A DNA stretch of 64,000 nucleotides from the NCBI GenBank assembly GCA_965222225.1, contig CBDCTK010000002.1:2880001-2944000 (forward strand). The letters are read 5' to 3'. This document shows positions 58,583 to 64,000 of the stretch, in pieces (position 1 is the stretch's first letter; the number at the start of each line of letters is the position of its first letter). The position numbers and the translations under genes are program-made. The notes under the pieces were generated by a model. The model searched no databases and was not told the DNA's origin. It saw only the letters and a list, made by a program, of their open reading frames with translations. The DNA comes from Candidatus Poribacteria bacterium (GTDB taxonomy: Bacteria > Poribacteria > WGA-4E > JAJDTR01).

Positions 58583-61024
58583 CTATTTCACAATCACCAT
58601 CCGCCGCGCCGCCGCATAATCCCCCGCCCGGAATTGATAAATATAAATCCCGCTCGCAACCGATTCCCCGTCTTCGTTCCGCCCGTCCCAATACGCCGCC
58701 TTTCCACGCTCCGCGTAATACCCCGTCGCCTGATTCCCGAGCGCCAACCGCCGTACCAGCGTCCCCTTCGTGTCATAAATTGTAATCACCACTTCCGCCT
58801 CTTGAGCGAGACGATACGGGATCCACGTCTCCGGATTGAAGGGGTTAGGGTAATTCGGCAACAGCGCCGTCTCTTTAGGCGTCAACGCCGCAAGCAACTG
58901 CTCAAGGAAGCGGATTCCCCGTTGAAAATTCGGGTCAACGACACCTAAACCCTGTGCGCCTGCAAGCCATCTCTCGACATCCGCAGCGCTAATAATCGAC
59001 GGGTCCAGGGAATCTGCCGAAGGCGCAGCTCTGCCATCCCCGATTGCCCCGGCAACCTGAACAAGATCAAACACATTCACAACCCCGTCCCCGTTTACAT
59101 CCCCCCGCAAGCCATCTCTTCCGAACGCCTGCGCGACCACCACCAAATCCAAAATATTCACCACCCCATCGCCGTTGACATCCGCTGTATTCTTCGGCTT
59201 CACACGCAAGTACATCTCCCCGTCAAGGTTAGCTAGCGCGTGCTCCGTGTTCACCAACCCGCTGGCGACGCCCTGCACCTCCTCTGGCAGCGTGATGACC
59301 TGTGCTTCGCCGCTGTGGTTGTACACCGCCCATCCGTTCGTGAACTCGCGGATATAAAGCCCTGGGATGTCTTCGTTGAATAGTTGGGTCTTCTCGCCGA
59401 CCGGTCTGCCCAAGTCCGCATCCCAAAAGTCGTACCAAGTGTTTGGCGCTGCTTGGTAAAGAGTGTATCCCTCACTAAGCGTAAGGCTCAGTGTCGTAAG
59501 GAAGCGCATCCAGCGCCGGTTTTCTGGACTGTCGGATGGTTCGTGGTGAATCGCTTCGCCTACAACGCCGTTAATTCGAGGTGTTCGGAGATTATGTTCG
59601 GCCCACTGAAGTGTGGTTTCTGTTTCATGTAGCGTGCGATCGCGCTCAGTGTATCCGCTGATAAACCAGTTTGGGATTCCCGTTTCCATGGAAAGACCGT
59701 TGATGTAGGGTGCAGTGTCGGGGATGCGATTTCGATTCGAATTCACTTGTATTAAGAAATTGGGGCGTGTTACGGCCCTAATTTCTTGTACCAGAGCGAT
59801 GCGCGCGGCTTTCTGTGATTCAGAACTGTAGAGATCGATCGGCAACAAATCGTAGCCCCACGCGTCGAGTACAATGCCGTCGTATAGCCCGCATTTATCG
59901 ACATCGGAAACCATTTTTACGACGTGAGCGCGAGCGTGCGGGTTTGTATAGTCTAGATCTGCGCCGGTTTCAAAATCTTGCAAAAACAATTCGCCGGCGG
60001 TGTTCCGAGCCCAGAGGGACGATTCACGCGGTAGCTGGGTAAAAAAAGCCTTGTGCCAAGGTATATACGCGATAAAAATGGTATTGGGATTCGTGGCGAT
60101 TATTGTGTCGCGGAGTGATATGGAGTGCTCAAGGTCCGTAGAAATTAACCGGCTGTCAGCGTTACGATATATCATGTCAAAGAATTGGTCGGCAGGACCA
60201 AAAGGCATTTGGCTGCCGGAATCATACGACATGAGCCAAGTGGGCATGAATACAGCGGGGAAGGTCATATCGTTTAAGCGAGGTAGTAACGGTAAGGGGG
60301 GCATCTCGCAAAACTGGTCGTATGCAAACTCACTTAAACTTAACCCGTCAAGCGGGCTATGATCATTTATAACATTGTGTTCGATATATAGTGTTTCTAA
60401 ACTCGTCAAATTGGCGAGCGGGCGAACGTCGGTGATATGGTTGCGTGCGATATAGAGTCTTTCCAAATTGACTAAATTGGCGAGCGGGCGAATGTCCATG
60501 ATACGGTTGTCTGCGAGATAGAGTCTTTCCAAATTCACCAAATTCATGAGTGGGCGAACGTCGGTGATACGATTCGCCGTTAAGTTTAAGCCAAGGAGAT
60601 GTGTTAGATTTGATAGTGGCGAAACATCGACAATATTACAAAAACTCAAATCAAGATCTGCAAGTTGCACGAGCTGCCTCAATGGTCGCAAATCTGACAC
60701 AAGTCCAAATTGCAAATACAGACGTTCTAACTGCGTTAACGATGCAAGCGGAGTTAAATCCGACATTTTATTCCGGCCAAGCCGGAGGTCTCGGAGCGAT
60801 ACGGCGAACTCCATTCCCGTGAGCTCTACTATCCCTGCGTTTGGTGCATTCAGCGCGTGTAGTTCTGCCATGCGCTGCTTTGTAATGTCGTCCCCCGGCT
60901 GAAGCTCCATTGCTTCTCGAAGTACCTGCTCCAAATTGGGATCGGGAATATGGATAACCTCTGCGCACACGGGCACAGTTGCCAGCATGCAAAACATCAA
61001 TACATAAAACATTTTCATAATCAT
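58583..61024 (-). CDS. Secreted LRR / putative glycoside hydrolase-like / dockerin / C-terminal sorting-like domain protein
   Basis: Signal peptide, IPDPNL cap, internalin-type LRRs, CGLYDGI..D.W domain, dockerin and NYPNPFNPETWIPY. Confidence 0.9.
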   Translation of the reverse strand: MIMKMFYVLMFCMLATVPVCAEVIHIPDPNLEQVLREAMELQPGDDITKQRMAELHALNAPNAGIVELTGMEFAVSLRDLRLGRNKMSDLTPLASLTQLERLYLQFGLVSDLRPLRQLVQLADLDLSFCNIVDVSPLSNLTHLLGLNLTANRITDVRPLMNLVNLERLYLADNRIMDIRPLANLVNLERLYIARNHITDVRPLANLTSLETLYIEHNVINDHSPLDGLSLSEFAYDQFCEMPPLPLLPRLNDMTFPAVFMPTWLMSYDSGSQMPFGPADQFFDMIYRNADSRLISTDLEHSISLRDTIIATNPNTIFIAYIPWHKAFFTQLPRESSLWARNTAGELFLQDFETGADLDYTNPHARAHVVKMVSDVDKCGLYDGIVLDAWGYDLLPIDLYSSESQKAARIALVQEIRAVTRPNFLIQVNSNRNRIPDTAPYINGLSMETGIPNWFISGYTERDRTLHETETTLQWAEHNLRTPRINGVVGEAIHHEPSDSPENRRWMRFLTTLSLTLSEGYTLYQAAPNTWYDFWDADLGRPVGEKTQLFNEDIPGLYIREFTNGWAVYNHSGEAQVITLPEEVQGVASGLVNTEHALANLDGEMYLRVKPKNTADVNGDGVVNILDLVVVAQAFGRDGLRGDVNGDGVVNVFDLVQVAGAIGDGRAAPSADSLDPSIISAADVERWLAGAQGLGVVDPNFQRGIRFLEQLLAALTPKETALLPNYPNPFNPETWIPYRLAQEAEVVITIYDTKGTLVRRLALGNQATGYYAERGKAAYWDGRNEDGESVASGIYIYQFRAGDYAAARRMVIVK

Positions 61025-61516
61025 TTATCTGGCACCCACCGCGGTTTCGCCTCGACGGGCGTTTCCTCCTTTTTCTCAAGCGGCGTTGCGCGCAGGATAG
61101 CCAACCCATCCTGTCGATACGCCGTATATCGGCCTTGAGCCTCGCCGTGCACCAGCTCGTTCAATGCCTGAGCCACGCCCGGCGTGTCCTCGTTGAAATA
61201 ATCGTGCAGCGCCAACCACCCCCCATCCACCAGATGTGACAAAATGCAACTTAGCTCCTTACGTGTCGGTTCATAATGGTGGCTGGAATCAATAAACGCC
61301 AAGCGTATGGGGGACCTCCAAAAATGCTGGAGGTATAAAACCGTATCCGATAATACGGGCGTAATGTGCTCGTGCAACCGAAACTCCCACAGGTTCTCGC
61401 GCATCTCGAAGTAAGCATCATCGAATAGCTGACGCAGCGGACGGTAGTCTTTTGTGTACGAATCGATCGCTACGAGCGGGTACTCGTGTAAATCGTCATC
61501 CCGTAGCGCGTGCCCG
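61021..61516 (-). pseudogene. Class I (Methyltransf_24-like) methyltransferase, 5'-truncated at a family-D element
   Basis: VAIDS, LAFID..H.YE and L..GG....HDY motifs are present; the Gly-rich SAM motif and a start codon are missing upstream of the element end. Confidence 0.72.
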
Positions 61517-61720
61517 TTGTCTGAATCGCGGATTTGCTATCGCACTCACTATCCGTTCGCTTGATTTGATTAAATTCGACCAATCATCTTCGATGCAACC
61601 GGCGCCATTTGCCTAATTATGCGTATGCGTTGACTTCAGGATTCCCAAACTGTTGTGGATTAACGGATTGCCCGCTTTTATCTGCGCAATCTGTGTAATC
61701 CGTTTAATCAGCGATTCAGA
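61517..61720 (-). mobile_element. Family-D MITE-like element
   Basis: TCTGAATCGC...GCGATTCAGA terminal inverted repeats; shared core; one family-A copy at about 61530-61566. Confidence 0.7.
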
Positions 61721-63662
61721 ACTGATTCGCCACAAACACCAAATCAAACACGTTGACGACACCATCTCCATTCACGTCCGCCTCCAAACTGTCCGTCCCA
61801 AACCCCTGAGCCACCAACGTCAAATCGAAGATATCCACCACCCCATCCCCGTTCACACCCGCCGGATTCTTGGGTTTGACGCGCAGATACATCTCCCCGT
61901 CAAGATTGGTGAGGACGTGTTCCATGTTCGCCAACCCGCTGGCGACACCTTGCACCTCCTCCGGCAACGTGATGACTTGCGGCTCGCCGCTGTGGTTATA
62001 TACCGCCCACCCGTTCGTGAATTCGCGTATATAAAGCCCTTCAATCTCTTGATACAGTTGCCCCTTCTCGCCTATTGGCCTGCCCAAATCCGCATCCCAG
62101 AAATCGTACCAATAGTGGTTATGACCACTATAACCATTGGTAAATACCACATATCCATCGGAATGGGTGAGAGTGAGCGTTGTGGAGACTCGCATCCAGC
62201 GCAGGTTGTCGGGGCTGTCGGGCGGTTGTGAAGGGATTGCTTCGCCCTCGTAGCCGTTGATGCGCGGCTCGCGAAGATTTTCATCTAGCCAGCGCAACGA
62301 GTTCTCAACCTTAGATAGAGCAGCGTCAAGTTCATGGGCAGGTGTCATGCGAGGTATTCCGGTCTCCATAAACCCGCCGTTAATGTACGGTCCGGTGCGG
62401 GGTATGATTCGCTGATTGGTATTGCCCATGATTAAGAAGTCGGGGCGGGTGTTGGCGCGTATGCGCTGAATGATGTTATCGCGTGCGCGCTGCTCCGCTT
62501 CAAAGCCGCTCCAACCGACAGATACCGGTTTAACCTCTTTCCACCAGTCGAAAAAGATGCCGTCGTATAGCCCGCATTTGTCTACGGCAATAGCTTGCGC
62601 TACAATCATATCTTGAACGTCCGGATGCGTAAAGTCAATAACATGCCACGTTTCCCCGACTCTATTACCGTTTTCGTCGCGTACCCAATAGGGCGAATCC
62701 TCGGGAAAATAATGTGAGCCGGCATCGCGCATGCGGATTTCCGACAAAAATATCATATTGGGATTTATGGCGAGATGGCTGTCACGAAGCGTCTGGGCGT
62801 AATTGGGCTCACCGAGTACATACCACCTGCCATCGATGTTGCGGTAATTATGCCCAAAGATAAGACGTGAAAACACGAAGTCATGCAGCGCACGGCGCTC
62901 CACCTCGGGAAGATTGGGTTTGTTCAGGATGCCACCCCACGGCGCGAATATTGATGGATACGTTCTGTTTTCAAGGCGCGGCTGTAAGGGGAGCGGCGGT
63001 TCCTCGCAGGTTTGGTCATATGTAAAATATTCAAACGCTATATGGTCAAGCGGGCTGTGATCGAGGATGTAATTGTCGTGAATTTCCAGATGTACTAGCT
63101 GTGGAAGTGCTGCGATGGGACGCACATCCGTAATCTTGTTGTCACGCAATCGCAATTCGCGTAAGCGTTTGAGATTCTGCAAGGGCTTGAGGTCGGAAAT
63201 ATTGTTGCGGCTTAAGTTAAGTGTTTCAAGCCACGTTAATTTTCGTAAAGGTGTGATATCCGTGATTTCGTGGCAAGTGCCCGCGTCCAAATGTTTTATG
63301 CGCGTAAGATTCGTAAGCGGACTGATGTCATCGATTGGATTTCTCCAAAAAAGTAACACTTGCAATTTGGTCAGTTCCGTTATGGGGGACAGATCGGTTA
63401 TTGCATTGCGGCGGATGTCTAGGTTGATGAGGTTTGTGGCGAATTCTATACCGTTCAAGGACCTAATTCCACGCTTACGCGCGCCTAGACGACGCAGTTC
63501 ACGCATGACATCTTCTGTCAGCATGGCATTTGGAGGTAGTTCAAGTGCTTCATAAATAGCTGCGCGCAGGTTGGGGTCGGGGATATGTACGGGTTGTGTG
63601 TATGCGGCGTGTGGCAAGAAAATCACCAACAAGATTTGGAGACATCGATTTATAACGTTCAT
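61716..63662 (-). CDS. Secreted LRR / putative glycoside hydrolase-like / dockerin protein (short form ending VANQF)
   Basis: AAGGAG RBS; signal peptide; LRRs; CGLYDGIFFDWW; YDFWDADLGRP; dockerin. Confidence 0.9.
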   Translation of the reverse strand: MNVINRCLQILLVIFLPHAAYTQPVHIPDPNLRAAIYEALELPPNAMLTEDVMRELRRLGARKRGIRSLNGIEFATNLINLDIRRNAITDLSPITELTKLQVLLFWRNPIDDISPLTNLTRIKHLDAGTCHEITDITPLRKLTWLETLNLSRNNISDLKPLQNLKRLRELRLRDNKITDVRPIAALPQLVHLEIHDNYILDHSPLDHIAFEYFTYDQTCEEPPLPLQPRLENRTYPSIFAPWGGILNKPNLPEVERRALHDFVFSRLIFGHNYRNIDGRWYVLGEPNYAQTLRDSHLAINPNMIFLSEIRMRDAGSHYFPEDSPYWVRDENGNRVGETWHVIDFTHPDVQDMIVAQAIAVDKCGLYDGIFFDWWKEVKPVSVGWSGFEAEQRARDNIIQRIRANTRPDFLIMGNTNQRIIPRTGPYINGGFMETGIPRMTPAHELDAALSKVENSLRWLDENLREPRINGYEGEAIPSQPPDSPDNLRWMRVSTTLTLTHSDGYVVFTNGYSGHNHYWYDFWDADLGRPIGEKGQLYQEIEGLYIREFTNGWAVYNHSGEPQVITLPEEVQGVASGLANMEHVLTNLDGEMYLRVKPKNPAGVNGDGVVDIFDLTLVAQGFGTDSLEADVNGDGVVNVFDLVFVANQF

Positions 63663-64000
63663 GCGGAATTCTCCTTATGCGAAACGAAGAGTAAATTCAA
63701 AATCGCCTTGTTTACAGCCTACACTCCGCACCTATTTTGGGGGTTTACAAGATTTATTGAAATCCTGTAAACCCGCGTGGGTACTGAGTTTATTAATTTT
63801 TGACAATCCAATTGGGGCTTGGATTCGATTCGAGTTGCGCCCCAAAACGGTGTTTTTTGGTCGACTAAATGGTCGCAAAGCTAGTATTCATGGAGTGCGG
63901 AATACGGGATATATGTATTGCTAACGTGTTAAGTCTGCGAATTTGTTATTAGCTCCGCATTGTAGTGTCAATATATAGCGTGTTACTTGTAGTACGAATA

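Noticed and set aside
25235-61566. Family-A 35-nt repeats as a CRISPR array
   Set aside because: They are dispersed, occur in both orientations, are nested and degenerate, have no regular spacers, and there are no cas genes in the window.

Overview
Bacterial chromosomal window, about 50-55% GC. The LRR/WD40/dockerin proteins ending in an 'NYPNPFNPETWIPY' domain, the two PhyH dioxygenases and the extended ECF sigma factor suggest Candidatus Poribacteria or a relative (inference). Positions 1-17.6 kb hold a co-oriented housekeeping block: TonB receptor 3' part, rpsF-ssb-rpsR-rplI-dnaB-mlaEFD-radA-PIN/TRAM-ispDF-cysS, two lipoproteins, dprA and accA. Positions 17.6-37.9 kb are accessory: a degenerate EF-Tu paralog, two PhyH genes, a DMT transporter, two orphan LivJ-like binding proteins, an ECF sigma fusion, an IS1595 element with truncated flanks, an LRR pseudogene and a metzincin-WD40-LRR-dockerin protein. 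Positions 37.9-54.9 kb are a minus-strand block: tamB-like, tlyA, dxs, xseB, xseA, ymdB, pyrE, selenocysteine-containing selD and an HD hydrolase. Positions 55-64 kb hold a PKD/HEAT pair and two more LRR-dockerin paralogs. The main unexplained signal is a family of more than 25 dispersed ~35-nt elements, GATCTC-TATCGC-NN-TC-NN-TANNC-NN-TC-NN-TTGATC. Their variable dinucleotides covary as a hairpin with a fixed tandem GA/GA mismatch. They insert into REP hairpins, into each other and into coding sequence. No CRISPR array, tRNA or rRNA was recognised. All analysis was by eye, without database searches.
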